Notes under the pieces: generated by a model
Told to the model about the DNA's origin: nothing
Databases searched by the model: none
Seen by the model: only the letters and a program-made list of their open reading frames with translations
Position numbers and translations under genes: made by a program
Shown here: piece by piece, positions 23,491-35,843 of the stretch
Layout: every line of letters starts with the position of its first letter
How positions within the stretch are numbered: position 1 is the stretch's first letter
Source: Asterionella formosa
Lineage: Eukaryota
Assembly: GCA_002256025.1 (NCBI GenBank)
Contig: NKIB01013282.1
Location: 1-60,575 of the forward strand
DNA: 60,575 nucleotides
Direction: 5' to 3'

Positions 23491-24958
23491 GTGCGTGGCG
23501 GTGAATATGTTATAAATGTTATTTGCTCTGAGATATGGAATGTCGAGGTTAGAGAGGCGTCTGTTATTGTCGTCGCATCCAACTCAAATTGCACCAGCAT
23601 ATAAGAATGGCCGATGGAAAGGGAAAATAGGAACTACATCAATGTGGCCTGTTGCACTTTTCCGGATCGAGCCGAGCGATTCGAGACAAAATGTACTGGC
23701 ACCAGATACGGACAAACCTACGAATGACTGGTGGTTCCGTACCCAGTACTGCCGACAGGGAAAATCCTCCGGAACTGTGGTTGGCTCATGAGCTTTTGTG
23801 TAGGGGTCGTATTCAGTTCTACAGCACATGCGATCTTGTACGTCCTTGTTCTTCACATGACTGCTGTTGTCACAACATGCACTCCCAGGTATTGTTCGGA
23901 CAACCTGAGCACAGTATCATGCCCTGTTTCGTGACACCAATCAAAATCGTTGCGGAGTTCTATCTCAGGGAGTCAGAGCTGCAGAATGCTTCCTATTGGT
24001 TCATCCTCGTTCATGCACCAGCAGCTAATAGTACATCATGATTAGAAAAGAGTGGTGTATGATGTATCATCCCGTGCATACTTATTTGTACATATCATTA
24101 TGACAATCAACCAGACGAGGATTGAACAATTTACCGGTACCTGGTACCAGGTACAGGTATCATATATCCACCGGTATCTAAGTATTTTTATTGGTAGTAA
24201 ATCAGGATACGAGCGTATGACATACAACCATACATACGTAAACACCCCGCCTTGCTTCTAACCATGTGTTGCCGGCATGATTAAAAACGTTGTGTAATAT
24301 ACGTCTTATGTACCGGTACATACTCACTAGATATGCTGCACACAGACAAGCATACCGGTATCTGGTACTATTTGAGGGAGGTCACATCCATGAATATATT
24401 GATGTATGAACATTATGATGTCATACAGTACCTGGTACCTGGTACCAGGTAGCTAGTACGGTGCTGGCACCAGTTCCTGGTACCGGTACAAGGATACCGT
24501 TATTAACCTGGGAGAACACCAGTATAACAATAATAAAAAATATATATCACATTGTAACAATTAGATGTAGTACCTGGTACTGGTACCAGGTTCCCCGTAC
24601 CGGTAGGCCTCGGCCAGTAGCTCCTAGACATTAAAAAATATTTGTCTACCAAATAACGATACACGGTTTATGAACAGCACGTTCTTCCTGTGGCTGGTTG
24701 TGAATTACGGTTCTATATATATAGTTACACTTACTACATCATATCCTTTTGCATACTATGCACCAGGTTGGTGCATTTCTGAAATTGTGCAATGTTAAAC
24801 TTCACCATAGCAGTGATAATAAAAATTGGCAGATGTTCAACAATGATTCTGGTTCATTAACTGTTGTCATTGAATGGTGTCTATATGTCTAGTTCATTGT
24901 TATGTCTCAAGGACATGTGCAGAACATTCAAGACTATATAAGTTAATAAGTCGATTCC

Positions 24959-26161
24959 TTATAGTAACCATCCATTGAATGATGGATCCTGACTTTGCTT
25001 GTACCAATGAAATGCATTCAACATGGTTGGAACAGCAACAAGTGATATGCCCACATAAAGTTCAGCTTTGAATGGAAACTCGAAAAAAACTTCGCCATAT
25101 TTGATAGCATAAGACGCAAGTACACTAATGCCAAGGAGTTTGAGAAAGAAACTGGCATCATCCTCCACCAACAAAAGGCCTTGTCCTTGAATTGAGCTTT
25201 GTTTGGTTTCTTTGGGTTCTTTGGTTCTTGTTGTGATAACTTGTGCAGTCATGTCGTCTTCTAGTTTAGTCCGAGATTTCAATCCTAGAGAGAACGACGG
25301 GGCCCATCCATTGGAGCGTGCTATTCGTAGAGCTGCAATAGCGGCAGTGACACTCCCAATGCAAGTTTGTACTGCTTGGAGTGGCACCATGATAGGAACA
25401 CGGTTGTATAGCAGATGGGCAGCGCAAGCAGTTATTCCTGATGATTGTAGCGGTAACAAGCCCCAGGTCAATCCCTTCCATTTTGGATTGTTGACAATGC
25501 TAGCCCATTGCCAAACATATCCCATAACAATGGGATATTCGATCAATGAGGCAATGTGAAGGATCCAAGTTGCCACACTCAGAGCGTTTTCGGGTTCTGC
25601 ATTCTGACCAGCAGAAAGTATCTTTGCAAGGTGGCTGGGTAGGTCCATAACACCTCCCAAGTATGGAGTGTGTACTTCTGATCCCATCATCACATGCGTT
25701 AAGACAATGGAAAAGGCGACGGTGCTCAAAACGGCAACTAGTCGTACCATTGGTGCATAGCACTCTGCGCTTGCGGGTCTGGGCAATTTCTTCACTGTTG
25801 CTCGAATGACTTGCCGAAAGGCAATAACAATGACTAAATTATGAATAACCAACATACTCTCTGCGAATCCATGCAGCCAGTCGCAATCAGAGATTGATAC
25901 GCCGTACAGTGTTTTGGCGGCCACAGCTGCTGGAATAGTCGCAAGTACAAATACAAGGCAGGTTGCGAACCCTACTGTCACTCCTTTCGGGAATTGGTTT
26001 TCCTTGACGTTGAGGAAGTATATGAAGGCGAGGTAGGGGAACAGGCTTGCGCCGAAGATGGGGCCAGCAAGTGCTTCTGCTTCGTGTTTGCCGATGCTGA
26101 TGAGGTGCATCTGCTGGATACAATTTGCCAGACTGTCGATGAGAGTCAACATTGAGTTCAT
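24959..26161 (-). CDS. Multi-pass membrane protein, DUF3593 + Ycf49-like (DUF2499) fusion
   Basis: FGASLFPYLAFIYFL...DWLHGFAES is DUF3593-like; NALSVATWILHIASLIEY...WKGLTWGLLP...CAAHLLYN is Ycf49-like. Confidence 0.8.
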   Translation of the reverse strand: MNSMLTLIDSLANCIQQMHLISIGKHEAEALAGPIFGASLFPYLAFIYFLNVKENQFPKGVTVGFATCLVFVLATIPAAVAAKTLYGVSISDCDWLHGFAESMLVIHNLVIVIAFRQVIRATVKKLPRPASAECYAPMVRLVAVLSTVAFSIVLTHVMMGSEVHTPYLGGVMDLPSHLAKILSAGQNAEPENALSVATWILHIASLIEYPIVMGYVWQWASIVNNPKWKGLTWGLLPLQSSGITACAAHLLYNRVPIMVPLQAVQTCIGSVTAAIAALRIARSNGWAPSFSLGLKSRTKLEDDMTAQVITTRTKEPKETKQSSIQGQGLLLVEDDASFFLKLLGISVLASYAIKYGEVFFEFPFKAELYVGISLVAVPTMLNAFHWYKQSQDPSFNGWLL

Positions 26162-27009
26162 ATAATAGCAGTAACAACTGTAACCAATTTATCAGTGGAT
26201 GACACAAATAGATGAGGACATGATACCGTGCTTCCCGTCGTAGCTTTTGTGTCTCACAAGGGAGTTGGCAAAATGGAGTTCGCTTTGTTGTCGATTGCCT
26301 CGAGTGAACGTTTTTGGCCCATTTATTTGATTCGGATCTGCCTTTTTTACGTTGACGCCCACGATGGTCATACCTTTAGTCGGCGTCCAAAATCATTGGA
26401 CTAGATAATCGGTACCGGTAAACATATCTCATCGCTCATCCGCAGTTGATTTATACAATGGCGCAACTCATTATTAATATCCGTCACCTGCCGGTGGCCG
26501 GTATTTCACTTTCGACGAGAATAAAATCATCCATTTTTACCTAGTTTTAGTCGTGACAAAGTCTACATGGATGTGAATGTGTTGATGTCCTAAATCTAAG
26601 AATATTGAGTGCGGTTGTTCGTCTGGTAAGAAATTACCAGTAGTGTGTGAATTTGTGTCCACCATAGCTACTGGTACCAGGTACCGGTAGTCATTTCTGA
26701 AGTATAAATGGAGACTAAAGCAACACATTGTTAGCAAATAGAGTCTGATCTATTTTATTTATTGTGATCATGCTACTATGTTTGTGTTGGTGAATGATTT
26801 GGACCTGGATACAACAATTCAACATACTTCTCCATGTTGTTTCTGTGCCTCAAACAGCATTGGTACTAATCCAAGAATCCTTCAAGGTTCTATTTGCATC
26901 ACATAAAATGAGAAAGTGCACAAACTAGGGCAAGGGACTCACTCAGTCACTCCATAAAACTGGATACATCTCAGTTTCGAATCATTCAAAACTGCATTGT
27001 GCATTACAC

Positions 27010-27452
27010 AGGAATATACCACTTAAAAAAATTATTCAAATTGTAGAGGAGCATCCTGACTTGGTCAAGGTCAGGGATCACATGTAGCAGCCAAGTCTTA
27101 GGGAGGCAGCCACCATTTGAGTTGATTCACTTTGTGGTGCTGGAGCATATCCCAAATCCCCATCAAGGCTACTAGGTATTCATCTTAACGTTTTTATTTA
27201 CATAAAACATGTATAAGTAGTGGGGAACCATTATAGTTGATTCAGTATTTGATTGTGCAATATCCTGAATCCATCAAGTTCAGGGAACTTGAATCTCTTC
27301 CTTTGCATTTAGCATTTAGAACTTATGTTCCAGTGTTGATAGTTCATTTCTTGGTGGTAGGGCTACTGATATTTCCTTGCGTGGTGACATTTATAAACTG
27401 CTTGGGAAATCACCTTTGGATTTTGCAAGCAATGAAACTTTTTGTTATTTAA
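27010..27452 (+). pseudogene. Degenerate ankyrin-like (LPLH-repeat) gene fragment
   Basis: Fragments IPLKKIIQIVEEHPDLVKVRD and IQYLIVQYPESIKFRE..SLPLHLA, interrupted by stops; CpG-poor. Confidence 0.4.
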
Positions 27453-27626
27453 CAGTGATGACTTGTGATTATTAGATTGGATAGTGATTTAGCAAATTCA
27501 ACATGACATGTAAATACAATGATTGCGTTATTGTATACATGTGCTTGAAATTGACTTGCCATAGATAATACAGTGTTGATCCAAAAGGAGGAACACTATG
27601 TATAATAAATAACATTTATGCAATTA

Positions 27627-28826
27627 CTAGTCCATCTTGAGGTGCTTCAACAAGGCCACATAGTCTGTCGTGCATCTCTGCTCTGCTGCCTCACAAAACT
27701 CATGTCGGTGCTCAAGTCCACCTTCACTGATCAGTTCATCACCACATGCAATTCCCACAGAACAAAATCTCACATTGCGCTGTTCTCCAGTACCTGCTTC
27801 AATGTAGTCTGGAGGAGGACACAAGTCATATGTGACCATGGCAAGAGGATAATAATGAGTGGGTATTTTGGACTTGTTTCCCATTAGTCGAAACATATCA
27901 ATTGTCTTGGAGTCGAATGGAGCAATTGGAACTTTTCCTGTTGTCAAGTCCCGACGGTCACGTCCACCACTGGGGGCTACCCATAGGGCTGTTCCTCCCT
28001 GTTTTAGCAAAGTCAACATATTTCCCATGGCATTGAGATTCTGCTTTTGTTTCATGGGCTTGCTTTCTGCATCAGCATCAATATGCTTTTTCGAATGGAT
28101 GCAAATTAGGTTACGCCCCATGGAAAAAGGAATGGCCAGGGCATCTGTAGTGACCTTATGGCCCGCCACGTAGGTAACCTTCTCAGCTTGTTCCGGAAAG
28201 CCCGCCATTTCCAGGCACACAGACATGACTTGAGGGTCAGCTTCTGATTGATGATTCGCGAAAAAGACCACGTTTTCTCCCGCTGCCAGCTGGTCCATGG
28301 CAGCTTGCAAGTTGTGCTGTCCCAAAACCACAGAATGTGTCGTGTCAATGACAGGTCGGAAGAAATCGCATCCAAACTGGTAAAAGTCTGTCCCATCCAA
28401 ATCTCGAATAGCCTGATGCGTAGCACCAAAGAGAAATTTCTTTTCTCCCATTCCATAGGTCATGCCCAACGTAATGCCCTGCACGATGCGTTGGGCTGTC
28501 AAGTCTGGAGCGTTGAGCGGGTTTCCCGTCTGAATCAATGCCTTCTGGTTGGCGCCAAAGTACTCCTTGGTAAAGTGAAGGAGTGGCTGCAAGATCTTTG
28601 CATTGGATATGGCAGCCCCCAATTTGGCTTCGGTTTTGGCAAAGGCTGCTTCGAATTCTGGTGAAAAGTTGTATGGATCAAGGGCTTCTTCCGTTGCTGC
28701 TGTTGTTGCGACGACCTCGGCTGCAGACCAACGGCGTGTGATTCCACTGCGAGCGCTGGCGGCGGGCACAAAGGCCGCTGATGCTGGTGTGAGAGCGAGA
28801 ATGAGAGCTAGGACAGAGGTCTTCAT
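27627..28826 (-). CDS. ATS1: Plastid glycerol-3-phosphate O-acyltransferase (399 aa)
   Basis: NHQSEADP (HX4D), PFSMGRNLICIHSKKH and WVAPSGGRDR. Signal peptide plus ASA-AFVP plastid-targeting motif. Confidence 0.95.
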   Translation of the reverse strand: MKTSVLALILALTPASAAFVPAASARSGITRRWSAAEVVATTAATEEALDPYNFSPEFEAAFAKTEAKLGAAISNAKILQPLLHFTKEYFGANQKALIQTGNPLNAPDLTAQRIVQGITLGMTYGMGEKKFLFGATHQAIRDLDGTDFYQFGCDFFRPVIDTTHSVVLGQHNLQAAMDQLAAGENVVFFANHQSEADPQVMSVCLEMAGFPEQAEKVTYVAGHKVTTDALAIPFSMGRNLICIHSKKHIDADAESKPMKQKQNLNAMGNMLTLLKQGGTALWVAPSGGRDRRDLTTGKVPIAPFDSKTIDMFRLMGNKSKIPTHYYPLAMVTYDLCPPPDYIEAGTGEQRNVRFCSVGIACGDELISEGGLEHRHEFCEAAEQRCTTDYVALLKHLKMD

Positions 28827-29834
28827 GGTTGGTTAGAAGTGGAGATTATTTGTATAGGCAAGAATGTTATACCAGTATGTCTTTTGTCCAGCGGAACCAC
28901 CGTATGCAACAATGATGATTCATAGAAGAAAACAATAGGAGGATAATTTTCAATTCTGCCTTGCCGCTACCATAACTAGTACCGGTAATGCTGTTTTTAT
29001 TTTACGCAGGTGGATTCATGTACGCAGATGTCCTGATACATACCGGTACAGGAAGCGAGGAGAATTACGTATGAAATTGGTTTCATCGTGTACCCTACTG
29101 GTACCAGGCTAGGAGTAGCAATGTACGATGTTCGGAGGTGACGAGCACACGATGTGCGACGACAGTGTAGAATACGGTGCCAGGTACTGGTATTCAACCC
29201 GGAAATTACTAGAACACGTCACCTCTTGTTGGTAAATCATTGCGGTACCGGTATATCTGCCAGGTACCTGGTACCATGGTACGGTACTACAAGTACTCCT
29301 ATGTATCTGTAAATGATACCTTCTTGTATGCATTGTTATCACCACCAAGAATCAAGCATCCGTAATAATGGTGGATTGAAACGAACGATGACCGTGGCTG
29401 GCGGTGGCAAGACTGCGACAATCAGCGTACGGTACCAGGTACCAGGGTACTGGTACGTATGCGCACCAAGGGTACGTGGTTCCTTTTATACAGACGATAC
29501 GCACCGGACAGATCTACCGGTGGGTGGTACCTGGTTACAAGGTAACTACGGGTAAGGTACCGGTAGATGATTGATTATTTTACAATTATCATTACCGGTA
29601 CCTACCGATATTCAAACTGAGAGTGAACCACTATGTACAATACAAGGTACTGGTACCAGTACCCTGGTACCAGGTACCTGACGGTACATACAGCATTTTC
29701 TATCAGCTCACACACTAATTTCCATCATTTTATTGCAGCATCCACATTCCATTGCTGCTGCTGCTGACATTATTACCCAACAACTAGCTACCAGCAACAA
29801 ACAAACAAACAAAGTTACCAACAACAACTGCAAC

Positions 29835-31094
29835 ATGAGCATTGCCAAACCGTCACAGCGCGACGAAACCACCGCAAAGATCATTGGGACTGTCATTGAA
29901 TTGGGCGTCGTGTTGACCGCGTCGTACTTTCTCTCTGGGTACATTAGTCGAATGATACAAGGCAATCAGCTCAAGAGGCCCAGCAACTCCGCCGCCAGGA
30001 AGAGACTGCAATTCATTATGAGCAAGCGCGGAAAGACGCTGCCGGAACTCTCCGAATACGAAACTCTCATTGCAGAAGATGTCATTGATCCCGACACCAT
30101 CGATGTGTCCTTTGCCGACGTGGGCGGACTGGATACCATCAAGCAGGAGTTGTGGCAGTTGGCTATTCTACCACTGCAGCGGCCGGATCTGTTTGCAGCG
30201 AATTCGCTGGTGCAGCCGCCAAAGGGCATTCTGCTTTACGGCAAGCCAGGAACTGGCAAAACCATGCTGGCCAAGGCCATTGCCAAGGAGGCGGGATCCA
30301 CTTTTTTGGCGGTCAAGTTATCCAAAATAATGGACAAGTGGTTTGGGGAGTCCAACAAAATGATTGCGGCGGCGTTCTCGTTAGCGGAACAGCTGGCGCC
30401 AAGTATCATATTTATTGACGAATTGGACACGTTTCTCAATCCGAGGGACGGGTCAGAGGGATCTGCAGCGGCCACACTCAAGAGTGAATTCTTAGTCATG
30501 TGGGATGGAGTGGGGACTTCCAGCAACTCAGGGGTGTTGGTTCTGGGGGCTACCAATCGACCTCACAATGTTGACTCAGCCATATTACGACGCATGCCAC
30601 GGGCATTTGGTATTCCACTGCCAGGAAAACAAGGGCGACTTCAAATATTGCAGCTCATTTTACAAAATCAAGACATGACATTTGAAGCACGAGAGTATGT
30701 GCCTGTCATGGCGGAATTAACAAGAGGGTACTCGGGATCGGATCTTAAGGAAGTATGCCGAGCGGCAGCGATGGAGGCGATTCATGAACTCATGGCAGAA
30801 CACTCGAGAAAGGCTGTCATGGGGGAAGCAATACCAAACACAAATTTTGATGCTGATGCCATAAAAGAAAAAATACGACAAATGACAAAAATGGATCTCG
30901 AACAAGCCATGTTCAAGGTCAAACGAACAGGACAGGAAGCGCAACTATATGGAAGGCAGTTGGATCAAGAGACCGCACCATCCAATGGAACTGTCGATGC
31001 CAAAATGCTTCAACAAGCCATGAAGCTATTTCGAACATTGAGCATGGTAGAGCAGGCTGAAGAAATAAATGGAGATGTACCTGATATGGACTAA
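29835..31094 (+). CDS. MSP1: Msp1/ATAD1-family membrane-anchored AAA+ ATPase
   Basis: N-terminal TM helix, [24 protein letters not shown], Walker A GKPGTGKT, pore loop KWFGESNK, Walker B IIFIDE and [18 protein letters not shown]. Confidence 0.9.
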   Translation: MSIAKPSQRDETTAKIIGTVIELGVVLTASYFLSGYISRMIQGNQLKRPSNSAARKRLQFIMSKRGKTLPELSEYETLIAEDVIDPDTIDVSFADVGGLDTIKQELWQLAILPLQRPDLFAANSLVQPPKGILLYGKPGTGKTMLAKAIAKEAGSTFLAVKLSKIMDKWFGESNKMIAAAFSLAEQLAPSIIFIDELDTFLNPRDGSEGSAAATLKSEFLVMWDGVGTSSNSGVLVLGATNRPHNVDSAILRRMPRAFGIPLPGKQGRLQILQLILQNQDMTFEAREYVPVMAELTRGYSGSDLKEVCRAAAMEAIHELMAEHSRKAVMGEAIPNTNFDADAIKEKIRQMTKMDLEQAMFKVKRTGQEAQLYGRQLDQETAPSNGTVDAKMLQQAMKLFRTLSMVEQAEEINGDVPDMD

Positions 31095-31276
31095 TTAATA
31101 AAAAGCAAATCTTTCTTTTTTCTTGACGAAAGCGTTTGCTATCATTCCAAAAATCAATTATCATGGTCATTGGGTAATCGACGACACTAAAAAAAAATTG
31201 AAATGCGCATCGCATTATTACTATGGCACCTTCCAATGGCTATAGACTACTTCAATCTATAGTTTACGTGTTTGTG

Positions 31277-34066
31277 TCATTCTTTTACGTTGTCGCTTTC
31301 ATCGTCATCACTTTCGTCCATTTCATCAAAAAAATCATCTTCAGTGATTGTTTTCACCTTGACAGTACCTCCAGGAGTCAACTGACATGTCATTTCAAAA
31401 TCTTCATTCTCAACTCTCTCAGACAAACTGCGTGATGATCCTTGTTTGTTTCTCGCAACCTTCTTCCGCTCCGCTATTCGCTCGCGCTCGCCTTTCGAGA
31501 CTCCTCGCCGCAGTCCCTGAAGATATGTCTTGTAACCAACCCTTTTGAGGACACGCATTGTAGACTCATTGTCATATTCCGTAATCATCTCACTGGCCGT
31601 GCCTTTACTATCAACAATTGGGCTGCCAATATCAAAGTTTACCATTAGATTATTTCCAGATGCATAGTAGCAGTCACCTCCAAACTCATCTCCTGCTCGC
31701 GCTCGCATCGGGGTTGCATGGAAGAGATCATCAACAATATGCCTTCGCGAAAGCATTTGGTTGCCAATGATCTTGTTTGGTCGACTCTTCTTGGGGGCTG
31801 GCGTCTTGACAAGCGAAAACCAATGGGTTTTGCATTCCGCCTCAGTCTTACCCTCCACTTTTGCTGCCACTGACGACCAAAATAAAGACGACGTGGGGTC
31901 CGCCAGTGACTGTGCTTCTCTCAAGGCATCAACTTGGTCACTGCTCCAAATTTCTGGATCGAAGGGAACCACAGTGTCGCTTTCTTTTGGTCCCTCATGA
32001 TTTGTCAGGACCTTCTTGGTTGAATTCATGTTGTACTCTGCGACGACAGGAGGATTCTTTATGGTAACGGTTGCTTTCTCACTAGATCCACGTTTTCCCT
32101 TAACCGTAGGAATTGTTTTCTTTGTTTTGAATTCTGGTTTTGTTGAAGTTGATTGCTTTTCTCCCAAAATTGCAATACCTTGCTTCATCTCCAACTGATT
32201 GGCTGGGATATTCTCTTTTTCACATGTTGGATCAGTTGGCTGTGCAACTACTTGACTGGGGGTATTTTTAACTGGCAAGTCCATTGTTGCTTTCATAATG
32301 TCTTTCCTCGTTGGTGAATATCGATCCGTTATTACAGACCGACGTCCTGACCGTCTCACATGGGCCTCTCGCCCAAACTTTCTTTGAGTAGAACATTTTA
32401 TGCTCGATTTTTCCCGTTTCTTGACCAACTTGATTTTTGACTTGGCGCTCTTCTGTACTCTTTTATTTCTCATCGTTTCATTTCGGGAAGTAGGTTTTGC
32501 AATTGGCCACGGAAGAAAATGAAAAGGAATAGGCATGGAAACCTCCTCTTCATCAAATACCTTGGTACCAATATCGTAGTCTTTTGGGTTTAATGAGGGA
32601 GTACTGCGTTTGATCCCGTCGTGGGCTGAGATAAAATAGTTTTCCTGAATCTTATATTCGGTACAAACGAAATTAGCAGGCTCGTTGATCTGTCGGAAAT
32701 GTTCGTTGTCATCTATTGATAATTTAGTGGCTTTCATTTTGGCACTATCTTGGTCTGCTGAGGGCGGAAGACTTTCAATTAAAAAGTCTTTGCGTAGTGC
32801 TCGCTTCATATCCTTTTCATTGTGAATATTCGAAACTTTTTGAACGGAGGAAGTAGTGGTTTGTTCATTACACGAGGTAAAACTATTCACCTTGATTTCA
32901 GAATCGACAGCAACAGGAATATTTGTCACTTCGGAAGTTTTTGCCATTTTTTCTGCAAGGTTTCTAAATTTTACGTCAACTGGCAAGGACGGAAAGATCT
33001 CAATCAAGGCCACTTGATTTTGGGGTTCTGTTGCCTTGTTCACTGCAATGTCGTAGTTCACACCATCGCCAACAACGACGTCGGTTTGATCATCGCACGA
33101 GATTAATTTATCATTAGAAACGTTATCGACTGGCTCCTTAGGACAAATCCCCCTTGCTGGGACCTTCCTTTTAGCTCTCACCGGATGAGAAAAAGCGGTA
33201 AAAGGCGCAATCAAGGCTGATTTTGATTTGGAACGAGTCCTTTTGTTATATTTGATACTCTCAACCGCAACTTCGTGATGGGAGTCGTTGGTTTGTTCAT
33301 CGCAGGAGATGATATTATGCTCCTTGATGTCAATTTCAGTGAATAAGGAATTTACTGTAGAAAGTCTTGAATCCATGGAACAGCGACCAACCTCCATGTC
33401 TCTCGTTGATGATATGGTAGCTGACTTTTTATGGAAAGTGTCTGTCTTGCTTATGGGTCGCTTTCGTTTGTTTTCTGGTTTGCGCTCGTGTGAATTGGAT
33501 ACGGACAGCATATTCTCAGTGGATAGATTCACATTTCTCTTTGGTCTGATATCATAAGCTTCAAACGATACCAGCACAGATCCAATGGATTTACTTTTTC
33601 TTGATTTTTTTATCGCTGAGTCTGGTGGGAACTGCGCCATCAGTCCACAAGTAGAGGAAACAATGGAGCCAATATCCGGCTTCTTGGACAATGATGCATG
33701 TGCCAGTGTGGGTTTTTCTGCCACTGCCTTGCGGGCTTCAGAGTCACGAATGATTCGTTGCCTTTTCGGACATGTGTGGGTTCGACTAGGCTTGTTTTGC
33801 ACTGCTGAGGCAAAAGACACAGTCGCGTCTGGGCATGGTGGCTCAATGAACAGAGACATCAATCCATGATTTTCATTCTCTATTGAAGCAAGTACCGACA
33901 CCGGGTCTTTGGTTCGTTTTCCTCTCCTCTGATGAACTCCTCCTCCTACTGATAGATTTCCCAAAATTCCTAGGCGGTCTCCATTGTTGGGTTCTGGTCC
34001 TTGAAAGAGAACTCGACGAACATGATTTCCAATGGACATTATTGAAGCGGAATGAATTGAAATCAT
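31277..34066 (-). CDS. Large low-complexity basic protein with C-terminal SANT/Myb domain (Mis18BP1/KNL2-like candidate)
   Basis: ~930 aa intact ORF with ATG at 34066 or 34039. Myb domain WSSDQVDALREA...FWSSVAAKVEGKTEAECKTHWF is followed by DDLFHATPMR and an acidic tail. Confidence 0.7.
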   Translation of the reverse strand: MISIHSASIMSIGNHVRRVLFQGPEPNNGDRLGILGNLSVGGGVHQRRGKRTKDPVSVLASIENENHGLMSLFIEPPCPDATVSFASAVQNKPSRTHTCPKRQRIIRDSEARKAVAEKPTLAHASLSKKPDIGSIVSSTCGLMAQFPPDSAIKKSRKSKSIGSVLVSFEAYDIRPKRNVNLSTENMLSVSNSHERKPENKRKRPISKTDTFHKKSATISSTRDMEVGRCSMDSRLSTVNSLFTEIDIKEHNIISCDEQTNDSHHEVAVESIKYNKRTRSKSKSALIAPFTAFSHPVRAKRKVPARGICPKEPVDNVSNDKLISCDDQTDVVVGDGVNYDIAVNKATEPQNQVALIEIFPSLPVDVKFRNLAEKMAKTSEVTNIPVAVDSEIKVNSFTSCNEQTTTSSVQKVSNIHNEKDMKRALRKDFLIESLPPSADQDSAKMKATKLSIDDNEHFRQINEPANFVCTEYKIQENYFISAHDGIKRSTPSLNPKDYDIGTKVFDEEEVSMPIPFHFLPWPIAKPTSRNETMRNKRVQKSAKSKIKLVKKREKSSIKCSTQRKFGREAHVRRSGRRSVITDRYSPTRKDIMKATMDLPVKNTPSQVVAQPTDPTCEKENIPANQLEMKQGIAILGEKQSTSTKPEFKTKKTIPTVKGKRGSSEKATVTIKNPPVVAEYNMNSTKKVLTNHEGPKESDTVVPFDPEIWSSDQVDALREAQSLADPTSSLFWSSVAAKVEGKTEAECKTHWFSLVKTPAPKKSRPNKIIGNQMLSRRHIVDDLFHATPMRARAGDEFGGDCYYASGNNLMVNFDIGSPIVDSKGTASEMITEYDNESTMRVLKRVGYKTYLQGLRRGVSKGERERIAERKKVARNKQGSSRSLSERVENEDFEMTCQLTPGGTVKVKTITEDDFFDEMDESDDDESDNVKE

Positions 34067-35071
34067 AGAGAATGGGGCGATGCAAAAGTAAGGGACAAGA
34101 AGGCTAGTTGTAGCGTCCACTTTTGTGTGAAGAAAACGAAAAAGTGAGGAGTGATAGTAACATTGGATTATTTTTATACCGCCGATGGTAGAAAAGCAAA
34201 CCGCCAAAAATTTTACCGCCTAAAACATGTAGCAGTACGGAGTGAGTGACAATGCATATCCGGTGCGTATGCAGGTGCGTAGAATAAAAGAATAGTATGA
34301 ATACCGGTATTGCTACATAACATCAACGAACTCAAAATCAAAGTATTCAATAGCGACCTACAGTACCAGGTAGTACCAGGTACCACGCATGATTGGTGTC
34401 CATACTTACAGTACAGTGCCGGTACTGGTACCAGGTATATGCAGATATTGCCCACACTTTTGTTTGTACCGGTTCGTCTTCACTATCCTCATGTACCTAA
34501 CCCCGACTGTCGTGCAATTACCGGTATAAACGGTCTACATGATAGGTCACAGGTACACTAGAAGACGGATTTTACTACCGGTAGTAAATACTGTTGGAAT
34601 AATTTAGCTAAAGTGATCATGAACACGATATCCACATAGGTCAGCTAGCCCAACAAACAACAAACAGCCAATATACGGCAGCACACCAACAGTCAACTCC
34701 GGTTGCTGTCGTATACGATGACAGGCGGTCACCACGGCTGATCGAGAACAATATCTCTATACCTCCTTACCAGCGTACACATCACATTGCTATCTCGTAT
34801 GATTTTACTGACTCTATCCGACAAAACTGATGTGGTGCACCTCATTTACATAATATTACTGTCGAATGACAAAGTATCCTAATAGTAGTCCTGGAAGTGC
34901 ATGACTACCGACAGTCTATGATACTTCTTCCTTTTGCATTCCAAACGATATATAGATACAAAGTAATAATATATCATATAACCAACAACACAAACAACAA
35001 GCCCAAAGATCACAGAGAGTTGTACATAGCAACACATTTCCAGTTTCGGTTCGAAAAGAAGAGAGCAAATT

Positions 35072-35843
35072 ATGTTGAAATCACTATCATTTAAAGTTAG
35101 ACAACTGCGGGCCAACCACATGGCACAAATGCTTCCACGCAGGATGTGCAGTGCACCATGTAAGAGTCGTTATTGAAGGCTTCGTTCAAACAAACGATGG
35201 TTTGATTGTCATGATTTCGTTTCTCATGATTATCATGCTTTATCTATTTCAAATACATTTCAGCCGCGAAGAATACTGTTCCGATTATTTATATTGATCC
35301 AGAGGGCATTGAAAAAGAAGTTCAAGCAGAGGTTGGGAAGCATCTATTGGATGTTGCCCATGACAATAACATTGAATTGGAAGGTACGTGAGCGTGTGTG
35401 TTTGCTTGGCTTGGCTTGGCTTGGCTTGACACACCACACATCGTTTCATGGTTACCTTCTGAATCTTGTTCACAACCAACCAATTTGCTGTTTGTATAGG
35501 AGCTTGCGGAGGGGAATTGGCATGTGCAACGTGCCATCTAATTTTTGAGAAATCTATGTATGATACTTTACCACCCAAAGAAGACGAAGAAGATGATATG
35601 CTGGACCTGGCGTTTGAATTAACACCAACGTGAGTACAAGACAACTATATCTCAAACTCTTCATTATACTCTACACAAGCAACGAAATCGCTGAGTATAT
35701 ATACCACATACATATTATTTCACTTGCCAATTTCTAATACTGTTTTCCTTGTATTTGATCACAGCTCTAGACTAGGATGCCAAATATGTGTAAGCCCTTA
35801 TATGGCTGGCATGAAAGTTCGCATTCCTAAAGATGGTTTCTAA
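35072..35843 (+). CDS. Mitochondrial adrenodoxin-type [2Fe-2S] ferredoxin (4 exons; introns 35160-35263, 35384-35499, 35630-35764); absent from the ORF track
   Basis: Manual splicing gives [44 protein letters not shown]...[19 protein letters not shown]...[22 protein letters not shown]...GF*. All four Cys ligands are present and all introns are GT-AG. Confidence 0.93.
35404..35428 (+). repeat. (GCTTG)5 intronic microsatellite
   Basis: Read directly; lies in ferredoxin intron 2. Confidence 0.9.

Noticed and set aside
23516..24041. Overlapping short ORFs upstream of nadB
   Set aside because: No coherent frame or motif on either strand.
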